In this document: piece after piece, positions 25,249 through 43,041 of the stretch | Numbering within the stretch: the stretch's first letter is position 1 | Layout of the letters: each line of letters begins with the position of its first letter | Assembly (NCBI GenBank): GCA_964016885.1 | Contig: OZ024751.1 | Coordinates: forward strand, 53,444,001 to 53,508,000 | Reading direction: 5' to 3' | Length of the DNA stretch: 64,000 bases | Source of the DNA: Eledone cirrhosa | Lineage: Eukaryota | The notes under the pieces: model-generated | What the model was told of the DNA's origin: nothing | What the model saw: the letters and a program-made list of their open reading frames with translations, nothing else | Database searches by the model: none | Translations under genes and position numbers: made by a program

Positions 25249-28200
25249 TATATACATATATACATATACACATATATATATATATATACATATACACATA
25301 CATATATATATATATATATACATATACACATACATATATATATATACATATACACATACATATATATACATATACACATACATATATATATATACACATA
25401 CATATATATATATACATATACACACATATATATATACATATACACATACATATATATATATATACATATACATATATATACATATACACATACATATATA
25501 TACATATACATATATATATATATATACACATACATATATATACATATACACATACATATATATATATATACATATACACATACATATACACATACATATA
25601 TATATATATACATATACACATACATATATATATATACATATACACATACATATATATATATATATACATATACACATACATATATATATATATACATATA
25701 CACATACATATATATATATATACATATACACATACATATATATATATATATATACACATACATATATATATATATATACATATACACATACACATATATA
25801 TACATATATATACATATACACATATATATATACATATACACATATATATATACATATACACATATATATATACATATACATATATATATACATATACATA
25901 TATATATACATATACACATATATATATACATATACACATACATATATATATACACACATATATATATATATACACATACATATATATATATATATACACA
26001 TACATATATATATATATACACATACATATATATATATATACATATACATATATATATATACATATACATATACATATACATACATATACAAATACATATA
26101 TATATACATATACACATACTTATATATATATACATACACATACATATATATATATACATATACACATATATATATACATATACACATATATATATACATG
26201 TACACATATATATATACATATACACATACATATATATATATATATACACATACATATATATATATATATACACATACATATATATATACACATATATATA
26301 TATATATATATACACATATATATATATACACATACATATATATATATACACATACACATATATATATATACATATACACATATATATATATATACACATA
26401 TATATATATATACACATATATATATATATACACATATATATATATACATATACACATATATATATATATACATATATACATATACACATATATATATATA
26501 TACATATACACATATATATATATACATATACACATATATATATATACATATACACATACATATATATACATATACATATATATGTATATACATATACATA
26601 TATATGTATATACATATACACATACATATATATATATATACACATATATACATATACATATATATGTATATACATATACACATACATATATACACATATA
26701 TACATATACATATATATGTATATACATATACACATACATATATATATATACACATATATACATATACATATACACACACATATATACATATACACACACA
26801 TATATACATATACACACACATAATACATATACATATACACATACATATATATATATATACACATATACATATATACATATACATATATATATACATATAC
26901 ACATACATATATATATATATACACATATATACATATACACATACATATATATATACACATATATATATACACATACATATATATATACACATATATATAT
27001 ATACATATATAAATATAAACATATATATATACATACACATAAATATAAACATATATATATACATACACATAAATATAAACATATATATATACATACACAT
27101 AAATATAAACATATATATACATACACATAAATATAAACATATATATACATACACATATATATATATACACATATATATACATACACACATATATATACAC
27201 ATACATATATATATATACATATACACATACATATATATATATATATACACATACATATATATATATATATCACATACATATATATATACACATACATATA
27301 TATATATATATATACACATACACACATATACACATACACATATACACATATATATACACATACATAAATATATATATACATATACACATACATATATATA
27401 CATATACACATATATATACACATACATATATATATATATATACATATACACACATATATATATATATACACACATATATATATACATATACATATATATA
27501 TATACATATACATATATATATATATACATATACACATATATATATACATATACACATACATATATACATATACACATACATATATACATATACACATACA
27601 TATATACATATACACATACATATATATATATACACATACATATATATATACACATACATATATATATATACACATACATATATATATATACACATACATA
27701 TATATATATATACATATACACATACATATATATATATACATATACACATACATATATATATATACATATACATATACACATACATATATATATACATATA
27801 CATATATATATACACATACATATATATATACATATACACATACATATATATATACATATACACATACATATATATATATATACACATACATATATATATA
27901 CATATACACATACATATATATATACATATACACATAGATATATATATATATACACATACATATATATATATATATACACATACATATATATATATATACA
28001 CATACATATATATATATATACATATACATATACATATATATATACATATACACATACATATATATACATATACACATACATATATATATATATACATATA
28101 CATATATATATATATACATATACATATATATATATACATATACATATATATATATATACATATACATATATATATATACATATACACATACATATATATA

Positions 28201-28612
28201 TACATATACACATACATATATATATATACATATACACATACATATATATATATATACATATACACATAACACATACACATATACACATATATATACACAT
28301 ACATAAATATATATATACATATACACATACAATATATATACATATACACATATATATACACTACATATATATATATATATACATATACACACATATATAT
28401 ATATATACACACATATATATATACATATACATATATATATACATATACATATATATATACATATACACATATATATATACATATACACATACATATATAC
28501 ATATACACATACATATATACATATACACATACATATATACATATACACATACATATATATATATACACATACATATATATATATACACATACATATATAT
28601 ATATACACATAC

Positions 28613-28812
28613 NNNNNNNNNNNNNNNNNNNNNNNNNNNNNNNNNNNNNNNNNNNNNNNNNNNNNNNNNNNNNNNNNNNNNNNNNNNNNNNNNNNNNNNN
28701 NNNNNNNNNNNNNNNNNNNNNNNNNNNNNNNNNNNNNNNNNNNNNNNNNNNNNNNNNNNNNNNNNNNNNNNNNNNNNNNNNNNNNNNNNNNNNNNNNNNN
28801 NNNNNNNNNNNN
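28613..28812. other. Assembly gap (200 N)
   Basis: Run of N. Confidence 1.
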
Positions 28813-28902
<90 letters not shown>

Positions 28903-28931
28903 GTATATATATATATGTATATATATATATC

Positions 28932-28978
<47 letters not shown>

Positions 28979-29173
28979 GTATATATGTATATATATATAT
29001 ATGTATATATATATGTATATATATATGTATATATATGTATATATATATGTATATATATATATGTATATATATATGTATATATATGTATATATATATATAT
29101 GTATATGTATATATGTATATATATATGTATATACATATATATGTATATATATATATGTATATATATATATGTG

Positions 29174-29206
<33 letters not shown>

Positions 29207-29219
29207 GTATATATATATG

Positions 29220-29292
<73 letters not shown>

Positions 29293-29295
29293 GTG

Positions 29296-29342
<47 letters not shown>

Positions 29343-29345
29343 GTG

Positions 29346-29396
<51 letters not shown>

Positions 29397-29399
29397 GTG

Positions 29400-29446
<47 letters not shown>

Positions 29447-29455
29447 GTGTATATG

Positions 29456-29488
<33 letters not shown>

Positions 29489-29491
29489 GTG

Positions 29492-29525
<34 letters not shown>

Positions 29526-29549
29526 TATATGTATATATATATATATGTG

Positions 29550-29596
<47 letters not shown>

Positions 29597-29645
29597 ATAT
29601 ATATATATGTATATATATATGTATATATATATGAATATATATATG

Positions 29646-29709
<64 letters not shown>

Positions 29710-29777
29710 TGTATATTTATATATATATAGGTATATATGTATATATATGTATATATGTATATATATATATATATGTA

Positions 29778-29878
<101 letters not shown>

Positions 29879-29879
29879 G

Positions 29880-29926
<47 letters not shown>

Positions 29927-29939
29927 GTATATATATATG

Positions 29940-29972
<33 letters not shown>

Positions 29973-29993
29973 GTAAATATATATATATATATC

Positions 29994-30469
<476 letters not shown>

Positions 30470-30709
30470 ATATGTGTATATATATATATGTATATAGATA
30501 TGTATATATATATGTATATATATATATGTGTATATATATATATGTATATATATATATATGTATATATATATGTATATATATATATGTATATATATATATG
30601 TATATATATATATGTATATATATAACTTTGAATAACTTTGAAATGTTTTGGCCAGTATTGGCCCAGGCCATGTCTAACTTAATAGCACCACCTGGCGAAG
30701 TCTTTCAAT

Positions 30710-33700
30710 TCAGGATTTGGGCACCATGGCCCATTCGAGAAGAGAATTACTGTTTGCGGAGACATATCCGGGTGTGGGTGGTTTGTCCGGGATTACTTGG
30801 AGGAATTTGTCCAAAGACTTCTTGAATTTTGTGTGGTCAGTTTCTGTTTTGACGTGTCCTGGTGTGATGTTGAAGAGAGCAGGGCCGATTGAGGTGAAAT
30901 AATTGTGCCGTATTGTTGTTATGAGTTGCGATTTAGATTTTTGAATGGGACGGATAGCACGGGGCCCAAGCCTTGGGTGTATCTTGAAGGCGATGCCAAC
31001 ATCATTTGGGCAGTGATGATGGAACATTTTCCACATCATGCAGATAATATAACGCTCACGGCGACGTTGGAGTGAGTAAAGTTTCAGGTTTTCCAATCGA
31101 CCCCAGTAGTCAAGGTCTGACATGCCATCTATCTTTTTCGTGATTGCCCTTTGAGGAGCTTCAAGTTTCATGATACTTTGTTTCGTGTGGGGAGACCACA
31201 GTGGACAACAGTATTCAAGGTGTGGTCGGGCGAAAGTAGAGAAGAGAAGGATAATGGTGCGGGAATCTCTCGACTGGAAGGTTCTGAGGATCCAGGAACA
31301 CATTCTGCGGGCCATGTCAACTTTGCTGCTTATATGCGTGGTCCAGCTTATGTTGCTGTCCACGGTTACTCCCAAGTCTCTGATGTTGTTAGATGCCACG
31401 AGAGTTTCCCCGGAGGGAAGGGAGTACGGGAGTTTCAGAGCATCCTCTTTTCCAAAGTGGATCAGTTCGAATTTGTCTTCGTTCAGTAACATGTTGTTCT
31501 TTTCTGCCCATTGGGTAACAGCCAGTAGGTCTGACTGAAGGCTTATCCGGTCATCCACGCCATTGATGACCTTTTGGAGCTTGGAATCATCAGCGAAAAT
31601 TTTAATGTTGCTGTGTTTGATGATGTCAGTGATGTCATTAATATAGATGATGAAGAGAAGTGGGCCCAACACAGTGCCTTGTGGGACTCCACTACTGACT
31701 TTGGCTGGGCTTGATTTGACTCCCTCAACTACAACATGTTGGGTTCTGTTTGACAGGAAGCTCTTGATCCACTGCAGCAGCTTTCCAGTGACACCAATAT
31801 TGGACAGCTTTCTCAGTAGAATGTTATGATCAACCCTGTCAAAGGCCTTGCTGAAATCAAGGTAGATAACATCAGTGTTGGAACCCTCTCCCAAGGCTCT
31901 CAAAATGTCATCAAAGTGATGCAGTAGTTGCGTCAGGCAATCCCTTCCATTACGGAATCCATGCTGGTTGGAGTTCAGCATATTGTTACTCTCAAGGAAG
32001 TGGGTCATTCGCGATCTCACCACTCGCTCAAATACCTTAATGATATGAGAGGTGAGTGAGATTGGACGGTAATTCACGGCAAGGGATTTGTTTCCCTTTT
32101 TGAAAACTGGGACAACAGACTGGGATAGAAGGTTTTCTGGCACATATCCAGCATCCAGTGAGTTCCGCCACAGATTGGCAAGAGGAGAAGCAAGTTGGTG
32201 TTGACACGCCTTCAAGACACAAGCAGGGAACCTATCGGGACCTACTGCTGAATTATGCTTGATTTCCTTTATTGCCGCCAAGACATCAGGGGCGCCAAAC
32301 GTTATGTCCGATAAGGTGTAATGGGGAGTAACATCGCCGATACAGCCCAGATCGGCCATATCAGGATTGCTGAAAACAGAGCAGTATTGTTTCTGCAGTA
32401 TCTCACCCATGGTTTTAGCATTGTCTTGAAGAGTGCCATTTTCATCAATTAGAGGGCCAACAGTAGAGCCAGTGATTTTGTGTTTTTTTGCAAATGAAAA
32501 GAACACTTTGGGATTGAGTTTGATCTTCTCAATGGCCCAGGCCTCTTCAGCTCTTCTCTGATTGTTGATGAGGGACATTATGTTGTTTTGGAGGTTATGT
32601 TTTTTAATCTCTAGTGATGAAATGGCAGTCAAGTTGATGTGTTGCTGCTGACAGTATTTCAGATTGTTGATTTTTTTGTTCGTTCTCTTAATTTTTCTGA
32701 TGAGCGTTTTTCTATTTCTAGGGATTCTGCTCTTAGATTTGTTTATAGTTCTTAATGGGGTGTGTTTAGCACATATGTTTGTAACAGTGTCCACAAATGT
32801 CTGCCAGGACTTTTTGATGTTAGTGGGTGTATGAGTGTGCGTGAAGGACCAGTCGACATGTGCAAGATCATGACTGATCGCTTCCCAGTTTGCATTGTGG
32901 AAATCCATAGCGTCAAACGGATGGACAGGAGAAATGACATTGGGTTTGTATATTGGACGGTGGAATCTCAGATCACAGAGAACCATGTCATGATCAGAGA
33001 GTAGAGTTTTCTCCACTGCAATATTGTGGATATTGTCAGTGTGATTGCTGAAAATTAAGTCTAGGACGTTTTTGTGGCACCTCGTTGGTTCGAGCACTAG
33101 TTGGGATAGGAAGAAATCATCCATGAAGTCAAGAAGCGATTCCACAGCTTCCCTGTCAGAGGTTGAGGCAGAAGAACCTGGTGGCAGGGTGTTTGTGGAC
33201 CAGTCAACTCCGGGGAGGTTGAAGTCCCCCATCATTAAGATGTTGTCAGGGTGACACTCTTGGATGAAACACTTTATGCTGTTGAGGCATTCCTTGAAGC
33301 ATGGTACAGGCGTTTGGGGTGGCCTATAGAGCCCAACTACTAATAGGTTGTTGGTTTGACTGAATACAGTGACTGCCTCACAGTATCCATTAGTGAATAT
33401 GTTCATAGCCTCTGTTGAGAAAGAATTATGGACATAAATGGCAGTTCCGCCCTTTCTTCTGCCAGCGCGATCAGCACGGATGGCTTTGAAATTTTTCACT
33501 TTCACCTCGGCTTCCAAGTGGAGGTTACTGAGATGGGTTTCAGTGAGGACGAAGAAAGGGATGTGGTTTGGATGGACATCAATCCAGTCCTCCAGGAATT
33601 TGATCTTCCATTTTTGAGTATTGGTGGAAGGGCTGATGCCTTGGGCGTTAAGCAAAAATGTAGAGGCGAGAGTGGATGGTTTTAATTGTTTTGGTGTGTT

Positions 33701-33847
33701 GTTAATTTGTTTGTTTGTTAATGGCAGCAATGGGAGTTTGTGCAGTGGGGTGATAGTGGAGGGTGGTGCTGGGTGATAGCTCGAATGTTTTTTTCCAGTT
33801 CTTTTGCCAGATTCATTATGGCTAAAAAAGAGGAAGAAGTTTCCTGT
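30710..33847 (-). CDS. CR1 ORF2: APE endonuclease plus reverse transcriptase. The frame is open from 33847; there is no AUG before 33406
   Basis: Motifs LLNAQG, LTETH, YRPP, GDFN, SDH, NYRPISL, QHGFR, DFSKAFD, GVPQG, FADD and the CR1-type C-terminus [10 protein letters not shown]. The track's start at 33730 is TTG. Confidence 0.93.
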   Translation of the reverse strand, partial: TGNFFLFFSHNESGKRTGKKHSSYHPAPPSTITPLHKLPLLPLTNKQINNTPKQLKPSTLASTFLLNAQGISPSTNTQKWKIKFLEDWIDVHPNHIPFFVLTETHLSNLHLEAEVKVKNFKAIRADRAGRRKGGTAIYVHNSFSTEAMNIFTNGYCEAVTVFSQTNNLLVVGLYRPPQTPVPCFKECLNSIKCFIQECHPDNILMMGDFNLPGVDWSTNTLPPGSSASTSDREAVESLLDFMDDFFLSQLVLEPTRCHKNVLDLIFSNHTDNIHNIAVEKTLLSDHDMVLCDLRFHRPIYKPNVISPVHPFDAMDFHNANWEAISHDLAHVDWSFTHTHTPTNIKKSWQTFVDTVTNICAKHTPLRTINKSKSRIPRNRKTLIRKIKRTNKKINNLKYCQQQHINLTAISSLEIKKHNLQNNIMSLINNQRRAEEAWAIEKIKLNPKVFFSFAKKHKITGSTVGPLIDENGTLQDNAKTMGEILQKQYCSVFSNPDMADLGCIGDVTPHYTLSDITFGAPDVLAAIKEIKHNSAVGPDRFPACVLKACQHQLASPLANLWRNSLDAGYVPENLLSQSVVPVFKKGNKSLAVNYRPISLTSHIIKVFERVVRSRMTHFLESNNMLNSNQHGFRNGRDCLTQLLHHFDDILRALGEGSNTDVIYLDFSKAFDRVDHNILLRKLSNIGVTGKLLQWIKSFLSNRTQHVVVEGVKSSPAKVSSGVPQGTVLGPLLFIIYINDITDIIKHSNIKIFADDSKLQKVINGVDDRISLQSDLLAVTQWAEKNNMLLNEDKFELIHFGKEDALKLPYSLPSGETLVASNNIRDLGVTVDSNISWTTHISSKVDMARRMCSWILRTFQSRDSRTIILLFSTFARPHLEYCCPLWSPHTKQSIMKLEAPQRAITKKIDGMSDLDYWGRLENLKLYSLQRRRERYIICMMWKMFHHHCPNDVGIAFKIHPRLGPRAIRPIQKSKSQLITTIRHNYFTSIGPALFNITPGHVKTETDHTKFKKSLDKFLQVIPDKPPTPGYVSANSNSLLEWAMVPKS

Positions 33848-34878
33848 TTAGAAGACTGTTGGTGACTGTGGTAGTGGTTATTTTTATGTAGGTTATGGTT
33901 TTTGTTTTTGCTTTTATTTTTAATTTTATTTTCATTTATCCGACGGGTCCCCGGGAGATGGGTAAAGGGACAATCCCGGTCTAAACACAATCTGTCTCGC
34001 AGGGAAAAACGGCAGATTTGTGGATTCCTTGTTTGAGTTATTGGTGGTTGTGTTGGTGTTAAATTAGAGTATGTATTATGGTGGTGGCTGTTTGTGGGGA
34101 TAGATCGTTTTGTCCTAGGTAAATGGGTGAATTTGCAGCCACTATCCGTACATATTCTATAGCGTAGAGAGTAGCGGCAAATGATGGGGTTTCGAGTGGG
34201 TGGGTATATGGGTGTGGGTGTTGTGAGAGGTGTAGATGATGGTTTGGGTAGGATTTGACGACCTTTGTGGACTGTGGGAGGGAGAGTTCTTGTTCTGGTA
34301 TTAGAAGGTAAATTCCTTGACATAGCAGTAGACAAAAATGTTGTAGTAGTAGTAGTAGTAGTAGGCAGAGATGTTGGCAGTGGTGATGATTGGACTGCTG
34401 GGCCAGAGAAAGGATGTGGCGTTTCATGCTGTGAGACAGAGGCTACTGGGGGGTCAATAGTTTCATTTAGTAGATCGGCCATTGTTGATGAATCAAGGAG
34501 TGGTTCACACTGTTGTTGTTGCTGTTGTTGATGTTGTTGTTGTAGCTGTTGTTGATGTTGTTGTTGTAGCTGTTGTTGTTGTTGCTGTTGTAGCTGCTGT
34601 TGTTGTTGTTGCTGCTGCTGGACAGCATTCGAAGAGAAAACACACCGTAGTTTATCCAAATGTTTATTGATTAATTTAAAAGCAATTTCGATTTGCTTTA
34701 ATTTATTTTGAATCTGTTGTTCAGATCGAGTTTTCAAAAATTGAACTGTACGTTTAGCAATGTCGTTCAGAGATGAAGCATCTATATTTTCTGTTTGGGA
34801 AAGGCAATGCCATGTGTTTATTAGAATGTCGATTTCATTATCAGACCAGTTCTGTTTGGATTTTTGCTGGTTAGCCAT
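33718..34878 (-). CDS. CR1 ORF1, 386 aa: Myb/SANT-like N-terminus, polyQ, and two CCCH zinc fingers
   Basis: ATG start; NWSDNEIDILINTW...RSEQQIQNKL; CAA/CAG polyQ tract; two C-x8-C-x4-C-x3-H motifs. Confidence 0.85.
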   Translation of the reverse strand: MANQQKSKQNWSDNEIDILINTWHCLSQTENIDASSLNDIAKRTVQFLKTRSEQQIQNKLKQIEIAFKLINKHLDKLRCVFSSNAVQQQQQQQQQLQQQQQQQLQQQHQQQLQQQHQQQQQQQCEPLLDSSTMADLLNETIDPPVASVSQHETPHPFSGPAVQSSPLPTSLPTTTTTTTTFLSTAMSRNLPSNTRTRTLPPTVHKGRQILPKPSSTPLTTPTPIYPPTRNPIICRYSLRYRICTDSGCKFTHLPRTKRSIPTNSHHHNTYSNLTPTQPPITQTRNPQICRFSLRDRLCLDRDCPFTHLPGTRRINENKIKNKSKNKNHNLHKNNHYHSHQQSSKQETSSSFLAIMNLAKELEKNIRAITQHHPPLSPHCTNSHCCH

Positions 34879-35163
34879 TCTAGTTTTGAGTGTGTGTGTG
34901 TTTTAGTTAAGTATTTCAATATATATATATTTTTTTTTTTTTAAATTTATTTTTGATTTATTTTTGTTTTTTGTTTTTTGTTTTTCTTGTGTGTGAGTGA
35001 GAAGCGTATATATATAAATATGAGTATATATATATATATATATGTATATTCTGGTTATTTGAAATTAATTAAGTTAATGAAAAGACGAAAGTATATAATA
35101 ATAATTTGTAGTTAAAGGAAAATGTACTCACAAGTTCGTGTGTGTGTGTTTTAGTTAAGTATT

Positions 35164-36325
<1,162 letters not shown>

Positions 36326-36542
36326 TTTCTCTTTTATTCTCTTTTACCTGTTTCAGCCATCCGGCTGAGGCCATGCTGGGGCACCGCCCTTGTTGCTACA
36401 CATTTTATCTCCAGCCTGTATAGGTTGGCCACTGGTGTAGGAGGGAGTTTGTTGCTGCTGCCCTTAGGTTTCCCTCGTGTCTTGCTGTGGGCTCATCCGG
36501 GATCCTGGATAACAAGGTGTCGAGATGTTTCTTAAAGACATC
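36326..36542 (-). mobile_element. 3' fragment of CR1 family B
   Basis: Reverse complement of ~38068-38279. Confidence 0.9.
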
Positions 36543-36647
36543 TTAAATATGTATATATATGTATATATAAATATATATATATAAATATGTATATATAAAT
36601 ATATCTATATATATATATGTATATATATATATGTATATATATATATG

Positions 36648-36702
<55 letters not shown>

Positions 36703-36885
36703 GTATATATATGTATATATATATGTATATATATATAAATATAATAAATATGTATATATATATAAATATAATTATTTTCACTTTTATTTTTATTTACTTT
36801 TTATTCTTATCCTCTATCGTCTATTATTACCTTTCATTCTTCAATATCTTGGATTTGTTATTGCTTGTATGGTATGTAATTTAAC

Positions 36886-36943
36886 CTTTATGCTCTGATG
36901 AGTCCCACTTATAGTGTGGATGAAACAATGTTAGCAAGTAAAG
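36886..36943 (+). ncRNA. Minimal type I hammerhead ribozyme (Penelope-terminus-like)
   Basis: CUUUA-UGCU | CUGAUGA | GUCCCAC-UUAUA-GUGUGGAU | GAAA | CA-A-UG | UU^ | AGCA-AG-UAAAG. Predicted cleavage between 36932 and 36933 (GUU triplet). Confidence 0.7.
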
Positions 36944-37137
36944 ATATGCATATGCTATAAGCGTTCTTTGTTATTTATTTATTATATTACGGCTCTGTCC
37001 TCAGACATTGAGCTAACCTCATACTGCCTGCTGGATAAGTGGAGTGTTATACACCCCTGATCCTTTCCCTAGCATACTATATATATAAATATGTATATAT
37101 ATATATATGTATATATATATAAATATGTATATATATG

Positions 37138-37172
<35 letters not shown>

Positions 37173-37229
37173 GTATATATATATAAATATGTATATATAT
37201 GTATATATATATATATATATACATATTTT

Positions 37230-38280
37230 TTGGTGGCTCTCTCGGACATGCCCTCTGTGGTGCATGCAACAACATCCCTCACTAGCTATGCTGATGACAC
37301 TAAGGTAGCACAGGCATTCAAAAACCCGGCTGACGCTGCCCTCTTACAGCAGGATCTGGATGCCATATACAGATGGGCGGAAGAAAACAACATGCAGTTT
37401 AATGCTGGCAAATTCCAAGCCCTACAGTACAAACCTGCAAACACAAACACAAATATAGCGGAACACAGCTACACAGGACCAGGAGGGACCGATATCCCAG
37501 TGTCAAAATCGATACGAGACCTGGGCATAGACATGAGCGATGATGCATCTTTTTCTTCACACATCATGAAGGTGGCGACAGCATGTAGACGATTCGCTGG
37601 CTGGATCTTGAGGACTTTCCTTACAAGAGATCGAGACACCATGTTGACACTGTGGAGGACTTTTGTCCTAAGCCGCCTGGACTACTGCTCCCAGCTGTGG
37701 TCACCCCATAGTGTCAAACTAACCACAGAGCTTGAGGCAATCCAGCGAAGCTACACCAAGAGGATTGCCAAGATGAGGGAGACAAGCTACTGGGAGAGGC
37801 TGAAGGAACTGAACCTCTACTCCTTGGAGCGAAGACGGGAGAGATACGCAGTGATCTACATGTGGAAAATCCTGGAGGGACTAGCACCAAACTTTGGCAT
37901 TGGGAGCTGGACCAACCGTCGAACAGGACGTCACTGTGTGGTGCCAAAGGTCCCGTCTTCCACATCTAGAATAAGGAGCAGGTATTGCAATAGCCTGGGA
38001 TTCAAGGGCCCTCAACTCTTCAACAGGCTGCCGAGGCATCTGCGAGACTTGCCTGACGTGGAGGTGGATGTCTTTAAGAAACATCTCGACACCTTGTTAT
38101 CCAGGATCCCGGATGAGCCCACAGCAAGACACGAGGAAAACCTAAGGGCAGCAGCAACAAACTCCCTCCTACACCAGTGGCCAACCTATACAGGCTGGAG
38201 ATAAAATGTGTAGCAACAAGGGCGGTGCCCCAGCATGGCCTCAGCCGGATGGCTGAAACAGGTAAAAGAGTAAAAGAGTA
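37230..38280 (+). mobile_element. CR1-clade LINE family B, 5'-truncated (RT C-terminal part plus 3' UTR)
   Basis: YADDTK, RDLGI, LDYCSQLWSP and LYSLERRRERY in ORF 37107-38204; tail GTAAAAGA repeated. Confidence 0.92.
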
Positions 38281-41084
<2,804 letters not shown>

Positions 41085-41168
41085 AAATTGAATAGAATGA
41101 AACGAAATTTCATTTCTCACTCTTAGTACGGCACTTACTTAAATGTAAAAAATGTAAAAGTGTGCCTG

Positions 41169-41237
<69 letters not shown>

Positions 41238-41670
41238 GCTACTGTACGTCTGTATACATATATGTATGTACGTATACATACATACTTACATTTAAGTAAG
41301 TGCAGTACTAAGTGTGAGAAATGAAATTTCGTTTCATTCTATTCCATTTATCGTTTTCGGTGCGCTTGGCCGACTGAACTCACTCGATATGCAAATTAGG
41401 CTGCTCAGCCGTTAATTTTCATAAGGAAAGTATATACTTTCGAACGTTCAACCTTATGGCAGAAAGGTATACGGTGCTGACGATAGCTAACAAGCTTGAA
41501 ACTAGTACATCGTTCCTGTGTCAGTGTTGAACCAAAAGGTGACGTGGCTGCCTGAACACTGTACGGCTTAATTCAGGCTGTCCGTTTGTTTACAAACGAA
41601 CAAAGCGAACATTATAATAAATGTTCGGTTAACTGATACGTGCATATATATATGTGTGCCTGTATGTATA
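41085..41670 (+). mobile_element. Diverged retrozyme-like unit (slightly more than one monomer) preceded by a 64-bp inverted fragment
   Basis: Colinear with the 422-bp unit at 47.8-49.4 kb. 41085-41148 is an imperfect inverted copy of 41286-41349, and GTGTGCCTGTATGTATA occurs at both ~41160 and ~41654. Confidence 0.8.
41471..41513 (+). ncRNA. Type I hammerhead ribozyme (diverged retrozyme copy)
   Basis: ACGGUG CUGACGA UAGCU-AACA-AGCUU GAAA CUAG UA^ CAUCGU; predicted cleavage 41507/41508. Confidence 0.85.
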
Positions 41671-42236
41671 TATATATGTATATATATATGTATATATATA
41701 TGTATATGTATATATATATATGTATATGTATATATATATATGTATATGTATATATTTATATGTATATATATATGTATATATATATGTATATGTATATATA
41801 TATGTATATATATATGTATATATATAATATATATATATATATATGTATATATATATGTATATATATATGTATATATATATGTATATATATATATATGTAT
41901 ATATATATATGTATATGTATATATATATCTATATATATGTATTTATGTATATATATGTATATATGTAAATATATTGTAATATATATATATATACTATATG
42001 TATATATATATGTATATTTATATGTATATGTATATGTATATATATGTATATATATATATATATGTATATATATGTATATATATATGTATATGTATATGTA
42101 TATATATATATATATGTGTGTATATGTATATTTATATGTATATGTATATATATATGTATATATATGTATATGTATATATATGTGTGTATGTATATATGTA
42201 TATATATATATATGTATATATATATATGTGCGTATG

Positions 42237-42272
<36 letters not shown>

Positions 42273-42310
42273 TGTGTGTATGTATATATATATATATGTA
42301 TATATATATG

Positions 42311-42347
<37 letters not shown>

Positions 42348-42348
<1 letters not shown>

Positions 42349-43041
42349 TCGTTTCTGAATTTGTTTAGCAAGATTCTTTATCTGAAATCGTGTGTTGAAA
42401 CCGATATTGTTATACTTTGGGAGGGTCATGTTGCCAATAAGAAACACACGCACCAGTTGCTTTCACTTCAATTTATTATATATTTATAAATTTACAAATT
42501 TATAAATTTCTGGTTGGTTGGTTGGTTCCACAACCAGATAGTTGTTTATATATAGTCATAGTCCTTTCGTCACACACTCTGTGACCTCTTCAGTGACTGG
42601 GGATTCTTTTCTTTGTCTCCGTGCCTCTCCTTTGTTCTGTCCTACGCCATTTTGTTTCTGTGTGTGTGTTGTGTGCTCAGTTTGCGCATGTGCCACATCC
42701 GGGTGTCTGTGTGTGTTTATGTTCATTTATCTATTTGTTTATTTATTTATTTATTTACATGTTATTGGTTGGTTGTTTGTTCTATGTGTGAGTGTTTTTT
42801 CATTTTGTCCTTAATTGTAAGTTGTGATGTTGCTGTTCCACTCATATTTTCTATTTAGTTTTGGTTGTAATTCTTTTATGTTTATTGCCTCTGTAATTTG
42901 TCTAAACATTGCATCTTTTCTGTGTGTAGATTCTAGTTTTATTTCTATGTTCTCTAATTTACCCTTGTGTTCTATCTTAGCATGTTGGTAGAGTACAGAT
43001 GATTCTTTATTATCTTGAAGGTCTCGCCAGTGTTCATTTAT
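42348..43041 (-). mobile_element. Penelope-like element 3' end: GIY-YIG endonuclease C-terminal fragment (42811-43041) plus pLTR with hammerhead
   Basis: Manual translation INEHWRDLQDNKESSVLYQHAKIEH...FRQITEAINIKELQPKLNRKYEWN resembles PLE GIY-YIG C-termini (EH..S...H, R...EA..I....P.LN). A hammerhead and AATAAA follow. Confidence 0.75.
42554..42598 (-). ncRNA. Minimal type I hammerhead ribozyme in a Penelope pLTR
   Basis: AGUCA CUGAAGA G GUCACA-GAGUG-UGUGAC GAAA G-GA-C UA^ UGACU; predicted cleavage 42559/42558. Confidence 0.8.

Larger units (their letters stand above)
30623..35163 (-). mobile_element. Apparently full-length CR1-clade LINE family A (5' UTR, ORF1, ORF2, 3' UTR)
   Basis: Two uninterrupted ORFs, an intact 3' tail, and TA repeats on both sides. 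The 5' boundary is approximate. Confidence 0.92.

Noticed and set aside
28600-28830. Microsatellite polarity switch as a biological inversion
   Set aside because: It coincides with the assembly gap, so orientation and distance are uncertain.
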